Source of the DNA: Candidatus Woesearchaeota archaeon
GTDB lineage: Archaea; Nanobdellota; Nanobdellia; Woesearchaeales; UBA9642
NCBI GenBank assembly: GCA_003599145.1
Contig: QZIT01000001.1
Span: forward strand, 3,831 to 67,830
Direction of reading: 5' to 3'
DNA length: 64,000 nt
Below are positions 1 through 9,311 of this stretch, piece by piece. Made by a program: the position numbers and the translations under genes. Every line of letters starts with the position of its first letter. The stretch's first letter is position 1. The notes under the pieces were generated by a model. That model saw nothing but the letters and a program-made list of their open reading frames with translations. It did no database searches and had not been told where the DNA came from.

Positions 1-1096
1 TTCTCAATGCCGCGATGAGCAGATCAATATACGTAATGTCAGACGCCTTTCCTCCGCTTTCTCTCGTCAATAAGTGCTGCCACACTTCATGCGGCATCTT
101 TACCTCAGGCGTGTTTTCTACGGTATAGACTTTTGCCTCTGGCTTGATAAATGCAGAGATTGCATTCAATGTTGTTGTTTTTCCAGACGCTGTTTCACCG
201 CAAACAAACAGATTCATGCCATTTTCCAAGCAAAGCCATAAGTACGCTGCAAGCTCTGCGCTCATGGTTTTCCAATTGACAACCTGCGTTATACTCGTAG
301 GGACCTCAGAGAACTTTCTCAACGTAAAACTTGAACCTTCTAAGCTGACATCTCTGCCATAAATAAAGTTTGCCCTAGAGCCGTCAGGCATGATAGCATC
401 AATAATGCTCTTTGCGTCGCTGGCAGGCCTTTCCACGCGCTCTGTGGTCTCAACAATATAGGAGTTTAAATCTGCATCATCCTTAAAAACAATACTAGAA
501 AAAATCATGTCAAAAACTTTATGGACTGCCTTGATTTGCCCAACGCCCGTGCAGTGAATATCTTCCAGATAGGGGTCCTTAAACAAGGGATCAAGCCTTC
601 CATACCCCAATCTATTTCTGATAAGATAGTATCTGAACAACTCATCTTGATCTTTTGTTAGGGCGATTTTGGCATTGAATTTATTGAACATTCCTGCTTG
701 CTGGCTGCCAACGGTGGTAACCATCTCGTACAGCTTCATCATGACATCACCTATCTGGCTTACTTTATCAGGAACAGGCATGGTATGGGCGACGTCAACA
801 AGCTTGTCAACAATCTTATTAAAAATAAGCTGCTCTTCAGGAGTCATTTCAGGCTGGATGACATTGTATTCAGTATGGCTTCCTTTTTTTCGGTAAATAT
901 GGATGAAAATAGGGTCGCCAACAGGATAAATTAAGTTTGGAAATTTCACTGTTTTTTTCATGGAGGATTCCAGCTGAACGTAAAACTCCGGCTCTCCGAT
1001 TTCCTCTGTGATTTTTTTCACATATGCTGCAACGTGGGGATATTTTTGTATTGCCTCTTGCAGTGTTGTTGTCTTGGTAATTTTGTCTTTTTTCAT
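1..1096 (-). CDS. flaI: Archaellum motor ATPase FlaI/ArlI (3' end runs off the window)
   Basis: Not in the ORF track because it is open-ended. Manual translation from ATG 1096 gives MKKDKITK...PNLIYPVGDPIFIHI (FlaI N-terminal signature) and Walker A VCGETASGKTT near 170-205. Lies downstream of flaH. Confidence 0.93.
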   Translation of the reverse strand, partial: MKKDKITKTTTLQEAIQKYPHVAAYVKKITEEIGEPEFYVQLESSMKKTVKFPNLIYPVGDPIFIHIYRKKGSHTEYNVIQPEMTPEEQLIFNKIVDKLVDVAHTMPVPDKVSQIGDVMMKLYEMVTTVGSQQAGMFNKFNAKIALTKDQDELFRYYLIRNRLGYGRLDPLFKDPYLEDIHCTGVGQIKAVHKVFDMIFSSIVFKDDADLNSYIVETTERVERPASDAKSIIDAIMPDGSRANFIYGRDVSLEGSSFTLRKFSEVPTSITQVVNWKTMSAELAAYLWLCLENGMNLFVCGETASGKTTTLNAISAFIKPEAKVYTVENTPEVKMPHEVWQHLLTRESGGKASDITYIDLLIAALR

Positions 1097-1123
1097 GTTT
1101 TGTCTTTTTTTATAAAGGGGGTT

Positions 1124-1143
1124 GCGGATGCAGAAGCATCCGC
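1124..1143. other. Intergenic GC-rich hairpin between flaH and flaI
   Basis: GCGGATGC-AGAA-GCATCCGC, a perfect 8-bp stem. Confidence 0.6.
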
Positions 1144-1153
1144 GGCATAGATT

Positions 1154-1852
1154 TTATGATGTAGAGGCTATTTCCAGTGCAAGCCCCAGACCTGCCAATA
1201 CTTTGTAGGGAATAGGCGTTGACAAATCTCCTGCTGCTCCTGTAAACCTCTCAATGTGAATCAGCTTAATCCAAGAGCCGTATTGCTCTCGCGCTTCCAA
1301 TCTGAAATAAATATCTGCAACGGTTTTCAGCAAATCGAAAAAATACGGAGACACCTGTTTTGGATTTACGCAAAAGATGATGATTTTATTGAGTGCTGTC
1401 AATTCCTTAAGAAATTTCAAAATGTCGAACGCGTTGTTCTGGGTTATTTCATTTTCAATCAGCATCGACGACAAAGTATCAAAGACGATCAGGTCGTGTT
1501 CAAAGAGCTGCCTGGTCATCAAGATTTTATTCAAGAAATTTTTTTCAAAGGCGACATTTCCGAACGTAGGATAAATAGACAAAAAAAGCAACTCCTGATT
1601 CAAGAGCTTCTCCTTAACTCCATAATTAAATGACCTCATCTGGTTAAGAAAGCTTCCCGTATTAAGTTCTGTGCTTAAATACGTTGCCGTAGCTCCATGC
1701 TGCATAACCCCATACATCAAGCGCTGGGCAAGGACGCTCTTTCCCAATCCGTTTTCTCCCTCGATAACGATAACTGAATTTTTAGGGATACCTCCTCCAA
1801 ATCGCTCGTTCAGTTCATCGCCTTTCAGCGCTATGGAAAATACATCTGGCAT
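1154..1852 (-). CDS. flaH: Archaellum RecA/KaiC-like ATP-binding protein FlaH/ArlH
   Basis: DELNERFGGGIP, Walker A GENGLGKS, LIVFDTLS. The start MPDVF follows a GAGGTGG Shine-Dalgarno. Adjacent to flaI. Confidence 0.92.
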   Translation of the reverse strand: MPDVFSIALKGDELNERFGGGIPKNSVIVIEGENGLGKSVLAQRLMYGVMQHGATATYLSTELNTGSFLNQMRSFNYGVKEKLLNQELLFLSIYPTFGNVAFEKNFLNKILMTRQLFEHDLIVFDTLSSMLIENEITQNNAFDILKFLKELTALNKIIIFCVNPKQVSPYFFDLLKTVADIYFRLEAREQYGSWIKLIHIERFTGAAGDLSTPIPYKVLAGLGLALEIASTS

Positions 1853-1948
1853 GGTCCACCTCTTTTTTATACTCAATGCATATGCCCAAGGCATAGGCGC
1901 TATGGATAAGCTCTACTATGATACTGCTATGTGTTCTTATGCAACAGC

Positions 1949-2410
1949 CTAGGTTACTTCGAAAAGAGCACTATCTCCTGTACCGTGCTCTGTTCTCACC
2001 TCAACGGTGTAGTTTCCCGAGGAGAGCGGGTAGGTAATATTCAGTTCAGTCTGCTCATCAGAATCCCACAGCAAAGGGTTTTTAATGTCGGGTGCCTTCA
2101 CTGCAATAGACCTGTTTGCAGTATTTCTAGGAATGCGGTCATTCATAACGTACACGTCAACAAGATCGGTCTTCAGCGTTTGTTTTCCTGTATTTTCAAC
2201 GACGACTGTTAGCCTGTTCAACCCCCCGCTATAGGTAACATTCTGTATGACAATTTGAGACTGCAATTGATTCACCAGCATTTGCTGGTGGCTGCTTATT
2301 GCATTTCTGTTTTCAATGGTCATCTCCCTTGAAATTAAAAAAACACCTACGAGTACCGTAAGCAAAAACATAAACAAAACCATGAACGATATCATCGTGC
2401 TGAATGCCAT
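1949..2410 (-). CDS. Archaellum stator protein, FlaF/FlaG family (probably FlaF)
   Basis: N-terminal TM, VVENTG...VDVYV motif, position upstream of flaH. Confidence 0.75.
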   Translation of the reverse strand: MAFSTMISFMVLFMFLLTVLVGVFLISREMTIENRNAISSHQQMLVNQLQSQIVIQNVTYSGGLNRLTVVVENTGKQTLKTDLVDVYVMNDRIPRNTANRSIAVKAPDIKNPLLWDSDEQTELNITYPLSSGNYTVEVRTEHGTGDSALFEVT

Positions 2411-2443
2411 AGGGTATCACATCTTAGGGCATCTCTATGCCAT

Positions 2444-2911
2444 CTATATGGAAAACTCCAGCGTGTCTTTCACGCCATACTGTGTTGTTACGGAAACTTC
2501 ATGAATCACATTTGATGCAAGGGTAAAATTAAAAACGGTTATCAATGCAACTTCCTTAGTGTCCCATGTCTCGTTGTTCAACACTTCCGTATCGGGAATA
2601 ACCGCGATGGTTCTATTGGTTTCATTGCGGGGAATGCGCACATCGTCAAGGTATATATCTACTTTAGCGACGTCGAGCCTTTGGGCTCCCGAATTTTTCA
2701 CATAGGCATAGGTAGTGTTGGTGAGATTATCGAAATCGACAACTTCAATAGTGATATCTGTTTTTAGCTGTTCGGAGAGCCTCGTCTGCTCAAGGGTAAC
2801 TGCAGAAGTGGTTTTGTCGTAGTAATCTTTCAAAGAGAGCACAACTCCAGTCGTAATACTAAGCGCTGCTATCAGCAGAATCAACATTGAGGCGACGTTG
2901 GCGAATCCCAT
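2444..2911 (-). CDS. Archaellum stator protein, FlaF/FlaG family (probably FlaG)
   Basis: N-terminal TM, LSEQLKTDITI...YVKNSG...VDIYLDD. Paralogous to the neighbouring gene (shared RIPRN..NR.IAV). Confidence 0.75.
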   Translation of the reverse strand: MGFANVASMLILLIAALSITTGVVLSLKDYYDKTTSAVTLEQTRLSEQLKTDITIEVVDFDNLTNTTYAYVKNSGAQRLDVAKVDIYLDDVRIPRNETNRTIAVIPDTEVLNNETWDTKEVALITVFNFTLASNVIHEVSVTTQYGVKDTLEFSI

Positions 2912-2953
2912 TTTGCAAAGATTTATATACCGGCACTGCTTAGCATCACAGTT

Positions 2954-2970
2954 ATTCGGAATTACCGAAT
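2954..2970. promoter_or_regulatory. Inverted repeat in the divergent promoter region
   Basis: ATTCGG-AATTA-CCGAAT between TATA-like boxes at about 2922-2929 and 2994-3001. Confidence 0.4.
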
Positions 2971-3011
2971 TACTATATTACTATAGCAATTCCTTTATAA
3001 ACCTTTCGATT

Positions 3012-3644
3012 ATGACACGAAGAGCGCGCAAAGGCGTCCTCACTACTCAAGCGATCTTGCTGGTCGCTATGGGCTGTATTATCGCAGCAGTAGTGGTCTC
3101 TCTCATCTATACTCAGACGACAGGATATGCCAGAAGAACCTCTGCATTGAACAAGGCGGCAATCAACACTGCAGGGGGCATATCACTCAAAGTACTCGAA
3201 GTTGCCGTTGAGAGAGAATATACTGGAGAAGCAGACACTGCAGAGTATGTTTACACCACTATGAAACTCGCTCCTGATTCGGCGTTTATCAGCCTTTTAC
3301 GTTTCCACATTGCACTCCAAGGAGAATCTATAGATGCTGTCTATAATTTTTCAGCCGCCATTGACTGTACGGTAAAGGATCCGTCAAGCAACCTTTCTGT
3401 CTATTATGATAGAAACAGAGGCATGTTTGGAGCGCATTTTTTGCTTCCTTCGCCAAATAAAGCACAGCCCTACACGATAGCAAAAAGCGATATCGTAACG
3501 CTTTGCTTCAGAACGCCCAGGGTGCTGGTTCATGATGAGCCTTTCACCTTGGAATTCATTCCTGAGGGAGGAACTACCTACAGCATAGAACAACTCATGC
3601 CTCAAACGCTGGCGCAAAGAACCACAATCTATAAAAGGGACTAA
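3012..3644 (+). CDS. Divergent archaellin-like protein with class III signal peptide
   Basis: MTRRARKG|VLTTQAILLVAMGCIIAAVV. MKLAPDSAFISL resembles the archaellin 'vkL.pGs.pIdL' motif. The C-terminal LEFIPEGG matches LQFLPKEG/LQLIPKVG of the other archaellins. Confidence 0.7.
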   Translation: MTRRARKGVLTTQAILLVAMGCIIAAVVVSLIYTQTTGYARRTSALNKAAINTAGGISLKVLEVAVEREYTGEADTAEYVYTTMKLAPDSAFISLLRFHIALQGESIDAVYNFSAAIDCTVKDPSSNLSVYYDRNRGMFGAHFLLPSPNKAQPYTIAKSDIVTLCFRTPRVLVHDEPFTLEFIPEGGTTYSIEQLMPQTLAQRTTIYKRD

Positions 3645-3659
3645 ACCAAAAGGAGAACC

Positions 3660-4436
3660 ATGGAAATCAACAAAAGCATCAAGGCTAATGCCATAGCCAA
3701 CATCGTCATCAGAAAAAACATGGACGTATTTAAGATAAGCATCCCCGATGACTGCAGGCTAGAAGTCTATAACCATGTAGGCTATGCAAAAATTGTCGCA
3801 GGAGAGATCTATGATGGCATCAACATTTTGCGAAAGGCAAGGGAATTAGGAGCAGAAGATTTTATCGATAAAGTCATAAAAATTGCTTTCGAAAAAATAA
3901 GGGAGAAAAGAATTCTCGACGGTTCAAAAATCATAACGGTCATGGAAGCTCTCGGCTACCAAACAGATTATGAAAAATTTATCAGTGTTGATGATTTAAT
4001 CGACATTGCAAGAATGATTCTGAAAGACAGCAGGCTTGAAGAAGGATTTGCCCTCCTCAACTTAGTGCACAAAATGGGCAATAGAACCTACGTCCCGGTC
4101 ATCACAGAAATAGGCTATGAAAAAATTTCAACAGGGGATGTCGATGTAGGCATCACTATTTTAAGAAAAATAAAAGAGCTTGTAGGAGAAGATGCACTGC
4201 ACTATCTCGGAGATTATATTTTCAATAGGTTAAAGGCAGGAGAGATTGATTTTGGCCTTGAGCTTCTGGAAAGAATCATCCCTCTTGTTGGAAAGAAATA
4301 CTTCAACCATGCACTTGAAATAGGCTATCAGAAAATTGCAAAAGGGGATGTAGAAAACGGCATGCGCATCATCGAAGGCATAAAAGCATTGGGCGGAGAT
4401 GTTGATGAATCCATCCTCAGCATGATGAAAGAATGA
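3660..4436 (+). CDS. Helical-repeat (TPR-like) protein
   Basis: About six ~35-aa repeats of the form IGYEKIxxGDVxxGxxILxxIKxLG. Confidence 0.65.
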   Translation: MEINKSIKANAIANIVIRKNMDVFKISIPDDCRLEVYNHVGYAKIVAGEIYDGINILRKARELGAEDFIDKVIKIAFEKIREKRILDGSKIITVMEALGYQTDYEKFISVDDLIDIARMILKDSRLEEGFALLNLVHKMGNRTYVPVITEIGYEKISTGDVDVGITILRKIKELVGEDALHYLGDYIFNRLKAGEIDFGLELLERIIPLVGKKYFNHALEIGYQKIAKGDVENGMRIIEGIKALGGDVDESILSMMKE

Positions 4437-5011
4437 AATACTGTGTTTACTACGAAGAAAAAACCTACCGCATTCTTGATTACCTACCCAAAGGTATGGA
4501 TCCTGCAATGATTAACCAGATTAATGAATTTTGGAATCAGGACATTTGCCGAAAAATGCTCATCACCATTTCTGAAATGGAAGTTACCAGCATACCCCAA
4601 TTAAAAAAAATCATAGGACACTCCATGTCCACACTTCATGACAACATTGAAAAATTATCGCAGGCAGGGCTTTTAGAAACAGAGCTAACCTATGTAGGCA
4701 ACAAAAAAAGAAACCTCATCCCCACCATACTCTTCATTACCAAAAATCCAAAATTTAAAATCCAATTTAAGAAATTCTTTCAGGGACTCTGGATTGACTC
4801 AAAAAAAACACAGCAGGTTATTGATTTCTTACAAAAACATCACGGGCATTATTATTCTATAGAGGAGATTTCTGCAAAAACAAGAATCCCTGTTGATGAG
4901 ATAGAAATGCTGCTAGGCAATTGGGATAGCTTGACCACAAGAACCTTAAGCAACGTTATGAAAGAGCGGCCTTTTGAGAAAAAAGTCATGTATAAAGGAA
5001 AGAAAGCATAA
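4433..5011 (+). CDS. Winged-helix transcriptional regulator (ArsR-like N-domain, second HTH-like segment)
   Basis: SIPQLKKIIGHSMSTLHDNIEKLSQAGLL and YSIEEISAKTRIPVDEI. Overlaps the upstream stop codon. Confidence 0.7.
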   Translation: MKYCVYYEEKTYRILDYLPKGMDPAMINQINEFWNQDICRKMLITISEMEVTSIPQLKKIIGHSMSTLHDNIEKLSQAGLLETELTYVGNKKRNLIPTILFITKNPKFKIQFKKFFQGLWIDSKKTQQVIDFLQKHHGHYYSIEEISAKTRIPVDEIEMLLGNWDSLTTRTLSNVMKERPFEKKVMYKGKKA

Positions 5012-5017
5012 GGCTGC

Positions 5018-6397
5018 TCAAGCCAATAAAGACAGCAACTGCTCTTTTGACGTACATTCTCGCATCAGCGCTGCAAGGAGCGGTTTATGAAATACTCCTG
5101 CAATCCAATTTGCAAAATGATGATCGTCATGGCGCGCATGGTGTGCGTAAACTCCTTCATCTGATGATTTCAGCACATCGATAAATTCTCCGATATTTCT
5201 TGCTGATTTGCCGTTGCTAAACCAAAAGTAAGCCGCCGGATCGCTGAGTGTTATCTGATACAGCTCATGCTTTTCTTTTTCCAGCGCAGACTCTTTTTGA
5301 GCAAAAGGATCAGAATGCTCAAATTCAGTAATCTTTTTGTCAGGATTGTGTTTCTTCATGAACTTTTCCAGCAGATCTCTTAAATCCATTCGCTGCAATT
5401 TTGGAGGTGTCTTATCCAGCTGCTGGGCATTGGGGTCATTCCATATTTCCCTAAAAGATATAGTCTCGGTAACTTCTTTGCTGTCAGATCCCTTTGGAGG
5501 CACTTCCAGAACATCTTCGACTTCAATTTTTTCCCTAATGATATCTTTATTCATAGTTTCACCTGTATCGCCATGCTTTGCATCCTGAGCATACTCTGCT
5601 GTTTGGCCATAAGTATCCGTTTTCTTTTGCACGTCATCAGGAGTCTGGTCTATTTTAACTCCTTTGGTTAGTCTGGATGCCTGTTCCAAAAACTGGCTTT
5701 GTCTTACCACATCCTGTTTAGGTATGGCAACTGTTTCTGATTCATTCTTAATAACATCGCTGATAATAATAGGTTCTTTTTCTATTTTCTCTGTTCTGAT
5801 TTCTGGCTGAACGAACGATGTTCTTGCCTGCTGAGGCGCTTGAAAAGAAGTTTTTTGTGAAGAAACTATCTGTGGCGCAAGCACTGCCTCTACTTCTTTT
5901 TCAATATCTGCTTCTTTTGGCATAGGAGGAACAACATTCTCTATTTCTGTAATTTTGCCTTTTTCAGGCTGTTTAATAAAAGGATTAAACTGGTTAGTTA
6001 AAAGCTCATACAAGGCAACATCAAATTTTTCGGTTTTTGCAACAACATCCTGAATTTGCAGTTTTGAATCGTCCATGAATTTTTTGAAATCCGCAAAATG
6101 CGTTGTCAGCTGAGTCATTTTTGCATCAATCTGCTTCAGCTTCTCTGTTTCGTTTGCTACATCCTTGAACTCTTCTTTCACCTTGCTGATAATAACGGGC
6201 AGAAGTGCTTCTATGTTCATTTGAGGAGCTTGTGTCTCTTGAGGTGTTTGCTGCACAGGCTGAACGTTCTGAACTTGCGACTGAGCAACTGCTTGCTGCG
6301 CTGGAGCAGCAGGCTGAGGAACCGGCTGAGAGGCAACAGGAGAAGGGATTTCAGGAGGGGCTCCTTTTTTCTTTAGCATATCAAGTAACATCTTCAA
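5018..6397 (-). CDS. FlaC-like archaellum accessory protein with long low-complexity linker and C-terminal DUF5752-like domain
   Basis: Coiled coil followed by LYELLTNQFNPF (FlaC motif). C-terminus YFWFSNG...EFIDVL...HH...HFANWI...LA. Start codon uncertain (6397, 6391 or 6379). Confidence 0.75.
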   Translation of the reverse strand: MKMLLDMLKKKGAPPEIPSPVASQPVPQPAAPAQQAVAQSQVQNVQPVQQTPQETQAPQMNIEALLPVIISKVKEEFKDVANETEKLKQIDAKMTQLTTHFADFKKFMDDSKLQIQDVVAKTEKFDVALYELLTNQFNPFIKQPEKGKITEIENVVPPMPKEADIEKEVEAVLAPQIVSSQKTSFQAPQQARTSFVQPEIRTEKIEKEPIIISDVIKNESETVAIPKQDVVRQSQFLEQASRLTKGVKIDQTPDDVQKKTDTYGQTAEYAQDAKHGDTGETMNKDIIREKIEVEDVLEVPPKGSDSKEVTETISFREIWNDPNAQQLDKTPPKLQRMDLRDLLEKFMKKHNPDKKITEFEHSDPFAQKESALEKEKHELYQITLSDPAAYFWFSNGKSARNIGEFIDVLKSSDEGVYAHHARHDDHHFANWIAGVFHKPLLAALMRECTSKEQLLSLLA

Positions 6398-6478
6398 CCT
6401 CTTTTTTACAGATACATCTACTGCAATCTATCTGTTATGTTAGTTTTTATTTTTACCTATATAAACTTTTCTAAAGAA

Positions 6479-7072
6479 TCAGTATATTTGAACGGCATAG
6501 GTTTTGATGCTGGGCACTCGTACATTAATAATACTGATTTCCCCTACTTTAGGGATTAACTGCAGCTCAAAGTTGTCATTGGATTCCAGCTTGTGTGACT
6601 CATTCAATTTATAGCGAATGTAGATAAGCTCTTCTTCTTCAACCTGAGGGTTGGTGTTTCCAAACAACGGTTCGAAGCAGTATGATGTCTCTGCAGTTAC
6701 ATTATCAAACGAACAGGTTTCATTAGAAGAGGAATTATACTCCAATTCTGCTGTAAATACGTTACTGCCCTCGACAAAAGTTATAAACATTTCCTGCAAA
6801 TCAACAGGAGACGATCCTGCCTTTAAGCGCCCCATTATTTCAATATTTTCAATAGTTCCTGCAGTGGTATTTGAGTATCCTGTTATCTTGACAAACTCCA
6901 TACCTGTAGTCAAACGCTCTCTTGCAACTTTCTCCACCTCAACTGCCTTAACGCCTATAACACCAGATGTTCTTACCAAAACGCCTGCAGCAATAGCGGC
7001 AGTCAGAATGGTTGCTATAAAAATAAGAAGCACGCCTACACCCATAATTGCTTTCTTATGAAACAGTCTCAC
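6479..7072 (-). CDS. flaB: Archaellin (FlaB/ArlB)
   Basis: Class III signal MRLFHKKA|IMGVGVLLIFIATILTAAIAAGVLV and RLKAGSSPVDL. Confidence 0.9.
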   Translation of the reverse strand: MRLFHKKAIMGVGVLLIFIATILTAAIAAGVLVRTSGVIGVKAVEVEKVARERLTTGMEFVKITGYSNTTAGTIENIEIMGRLKAGSSPVDLQEMFITFVEGSNVFTAELEYNSSSNETCSFDNVTAETSYCFEPLFGNTNPQVEEEELIYIRYKLNESHKLESNDNFELQLIPKVGEISIINVRVPSIKTYAVQIY

Positions 7073-7198
7073 TTTGCTTTATAAGAATGGGCAATATTTA
7101 AACTTTTTGTTTTTAAAATGGGGCATGATAAAGAAAGAAGCAGTAAAAGACAGCGATGAAAAGCGAAAAAGAATCAAAAAAGAGAAAAAAAACGCACT

Positions 7199-7420
7199 TT
7201 ACTTCTGCAGCCTGTCATAAATCCTTATGAGAACAAACGTCTGCGCAAAAATGGCCAGGATAAGCATCAACAATATTTCAACAACGGCAACCGTCGGATT
7301 CGCATTTCCTGAAGACAGCACTGCAACTAAAATGTAAATTGCCGCTATGCCTATCAATATCATAAACGCCACAATAATTTTCTCCAATATGTGAGAAGGA
7401 ACTTTTTTGTTTTCAGCCAT
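7199..7420 (-). CDS. Small two-TM membrane protein
   Basis: Two hydrophobic helices, GAGGTGA SD, sits between two archaellins. Confidence 0.7.
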   Translation of the reverse strand: MAENKKVPSHILEKIIVAFMILIGIAAIYILVAVLSSGNANPTVAVVEILLMLILAIFAQTFVLIRIYDRLQK

Positions 7421-7437
7421 ATCATCACCTCTTTATC

Positions 7438-8406
7438 TTATCCCCATAATTTTGTCTTTTCAACAACCAGCGTCGATGGGGAAATGGCGCTGATGGTCTC
7501 AATAGCACCCTCCTTAGGCAAAAATTGGAGTTCATAAATAGTCTCTATAGGAAGCTCATTGAAGGGTTTGAAATTAAAGCGAAGCTCTGCAATCTCTCCT
7601 GTTTCAAGCGTCGTATCACCATTGCCAATTTTATTGACAAAGCAAAACCTTCTCTCCTGAATAAGATTATCAAACGTGCATATGTTGCTTGAAGGAAAAT
7701 TATGAATAGTTGCGGTTAGGTTGTCCAAAGAGTCATTCGTTACTACGGTTCCTGAAATGGTAACAAACGCAAAGGTGACACCATTCACCTGCACAGGCTC
7801 ATTTTCAAGGTCTATGACATTTCCTGAAGTCAAATTCAAGGAACTGATATAGGCAACTACTCCTGCTTGGTCATCTTCATCGTCAGCATCAGGATTATTT
7901 GATGCATAGGAAAGATTAATCTCTAGCCTTTGATCTGCGTTACTATAACGTATCTGTTCTTCTGTAGTTGATGAAGCTTCTAAAATATTATCTTCAACAT
8001 CGCCGATATCTTGCCATGACGTGTTCACTAAGCTGATGTTGATATCATCAAAGCCGTCAGTCATGGTCGTATGCTGCAAAGATGCAGACATTGCTAAGTC
8101 TTGCGTGGTAAAGAGCAGTTTCAAGTTTTTGAGCTGAATAGGCAAGGATCCTGGCTTCAAGCGCACTAAAACAGAAAGGTCATTCATTTGCTCTGCCGAG
8201 ATATTTGCTGTTGCAGAAACACTGACTACTTCAACTCCTGAAACAAGCCTTTCTCTTGACTGTTCGCTTACGGTAACGGCTCTTTGCTGAAATAATCCAG
8301 ACTGTCTGATAATAATGCCAGCTGCCACAGCAGCAACTACAATAAGCGCAATTAAGATAATGAGCGTTTCCAGAGAAATCAGTGCCTTTTTCTTGAGATG
8401 TTCCAT
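7438..8406 (-). CDS. flaB: Archaellin (FlaB/ArlB) with large acidic insertion
   Basis: MEHLKKKA|LISLETLIILIALIVVAAVAAGII and RLKPGSLPIQL. Start moved to the Met preceding the signal peptide. Confidence 0.88.
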   Translation of the reverse strand: MEHLKKKALISLETLIILIALIVVAAVAAGIIIRQSGLFQQRAVTVSEQSRERLVSGVEVVSVSATANISAEQMNDLSVLVRLKPGSLPIQLKNLKLLFTTQDLAMSASLQHTTMTDGFDDINISLVNTSWQDIGDVEDNILEASSTTEEQIRYSNADQRLEINLSYASNNPDADDEDDQAGVVAYISSLNLTSGNVIDLENEPVQVNGVTFAFVTISGTVVTNDSLDNLTATIHNFPSSNICTFDNLIQERRFCFVNKIGNGDTTLETGEIAELRFNFKPFNELPIETIYELQFLPKEGAIETISAISPSTLVVEKTKLWG

Positions 8407-8560
8407 TAACCTTCCCTTGTCTATCAAAGGTATACGATTTCCTGCATTTATATAGTTTTTTATTCTAGAGATATAAAAAATAAACAGCCCATAAGGAACT
8501 GCATAGGTAAAAAAAGGTAAAAATAGTAACATTTATAAAAAAAGGAGTAAAAGAAAAAGC

Positions 8561-9268
8561 ATGCAAGATGCTGAAAAGTACAGTGAAGACAGAGAAAATA
8601 TCTATCAGAAATGCTTCATTTCCTTTGATTTTACTTCTGACAATGCCTACTCCTTTTTTATCAACAATCTTTCTAAAAAAACAAAAGGGCTTTGCATTAC
8701 CAGAAATCACCCTGATGAAATAGCTGCACATCACGGAAATGACTTTGAAATCCACTGGATGAGCCAAAAAAACAAGGGAAAAGGAAATTTGATGGAAGAA
8801 CTTGAGCGAAAAATAAAAAAATTCATAGGAGACAATGAAAACAGCGTTATTTTGCTGGAAAGAATCGATTATCTTATGAATCTTTACGGCTTTGAACAGT
8901 TTCTCAAGTTTATTTACGGCATGCACGAAGAGGTTCTCGATAAAAACGCCGTATTGCTAGTCCACTCTCATCCGCTTATCCTTACAGAGCACCAAAAGCA
9001 ATTGCTCGGCTTAGAGCTCAAAGAGTTGCCACAGCCGGAATACATGGAAAAAATAAAGGTGGCTGTTGATTTGTATGATATTTTAGGATTTCTCAAGACT
9101 CAGGATGCCAAGGTTAGCTTTAAGACCATAGGCAAGAAATTTTCTATAACCAAGGCAACCGCCAGAAAGAGAATTTACGAATTAAGCAACAGGGGATTGG
9201 TTAACGTAAAAAAAGACGGCAGGTCAAAAATAGTTGAGCTAACGAGAAAAGGGTTTGCGGTATTGTAA
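8561..9268 (+). CDS. DUF835 (inactive KaiC-like) domain fused to C-terminal wHTH
   Basis: GLCITR.HP, HWMS, VILLERIDYLM..YGFE..LKF are DUF835 features. The C-terminal FKTIGKKFSITKATARKRIYELSNRGLV is an HTH. Confidence 0.8.
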   Translation: MQDAEKYSEDRENIYQKCFISFDFTSDNAYSFFINNLSKKTKGLCITRNHPDEIAAHHGNDFEIHWMSQKNKGKGNLMEELERKIKKFIGDNENSVILLERIDYLMNLYGFEQFLKFIYGMHEEVLDKNAVLLVHSHPLILTEHQKQLLGLELKELPQPEYMEKIKVAVDLYDILGFLKTQDAKVSFKTIGKKFSITKATARKRIYELSNRGLVNVKKDGRSKIVELTRKGFAVL

Positions 9269-9286
9269 TTTTTCGCTACTTTTAAA

Positions 9287-9304
9287 TATCGGAATATTCC
9301 TATG
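9287..9304. promoter_or_regulatory. Putative operator overlapping the TATA box of the Bat-type HTH gene
   Basis: TATCGGAATATTCCTATG overlapping the end of TTTAAATA (9281-9288). Near-copy of the 9982 palindrome. Confidence 0.6.
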
Positions 9305-9311
9305 TTTAATT

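Noticed and set aside
144-934. Short + strand ORFs at the window start, and short - strand ORFs at 62098-63900
   Set aside because: They are shadows of the open-ended flaI gene and of the terminal secreted-protein gene respectively.
2912-5017. Invertible phase-variation segment in the fla locus
   Set aside because: No flanking inverted repeats were found (the right junction is only 6 nt) and there is no recombinase in the window.
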